A stretch of DNA of 43,926 nt, taken from the IMG/VR virus record IMGVR_UViG_3300036975_000075, positions 1 through 43,926 of that record; one strand, written 5' to 3'. Source of the stretch: a virus. Lineage: Duplodnaviria; Caudoviricetes. Position numbers and translations under genes: made by a program. Below, one piece after another: positions 43,800 to 43,926 of the stretch (positions within the stretch are counted from its first letter, which is position 1; the number at the start of each line of letters is the position of its first letter). The notes under the pieces are model-generated. The model was not told the origin of the DNA and searched no databases. It saw nothing but the letters and a program-made list of their open reading frames with translations.

Positions 43800-43926
43800 C
43801 TGTCCTGTTTATAATACGAACTTTTTTCGTTAATTCGTAAACTCCGGCTATAACAACTTTGTTTTCAATAGAAATATCCTCCGGGTTTTCCGCCCGTAGA
43901 AGAAACTGTTCATCATTATCTTTTGA
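43800..43926. repeat. Terminal direct repeat, copy 2
   Basis: Identical to 1-127. Confidence 0.97.

Noticed and set aside
803-43833. Plus-strand ORFs and alternate-frame nested ORFs in the ORF track
   Set aside because: They are shadows of longer minus-strand genes with recognisable motifs and have no convincing protein features (the overlapping spanin-like pair is the exception).
1-43926. Alternative genetic code
   Set aside because: Core genes are full length in the standard code and the tRNA is not a suppressor.

Overview
This window is a complete circular genome of a lambda-like siphophage. Bases 1-127 are identical to 43800-43926, and a 71-aa ORF reads through the junction, giving a unit length of about 43,799 bp. 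Essentially all credible genes are on the minus strand. In reading direction the order is: early small genes and an HTH regulator, an ncRNA/tRNA-Met cluster, accessory and envelope genes, holin/OMP/spanin-like genes, a replication-initiator-like gene, a candidate cos site, nuclease/radical SAM/DNA methyltransferase genes, terminase, portal, S49 protease, decoration and major capsid proteins, neck, tail tube, frameshifted chaperone, tape measure and tail tip. I see no integrase, reverse transcriptase, CRISPR array or recognisable endolysin. The host is probably diderm; a Planctomycetota-like host is only an inference. The unusual signal is non-coding: (i) more than 20 period-7 micro-arrays of several sequence families at gene junctions; (ii) two copies of a tRNA-like structured RNA with conserved ends and variable interiors; (iii) repeated RBS-sequestering or anti-Shine-Dalgarno elements, including genes bracketed by perfect anti-RBS inverted repeats and a leader resembling the P4 CI/P1 C4 RNA systems; (iv) recurring hairpin plus boxA-like units. 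Together these suggest an RNA-level regulatory layer. Protein calls rest on motifs and synteny read by eye; no searches were run.
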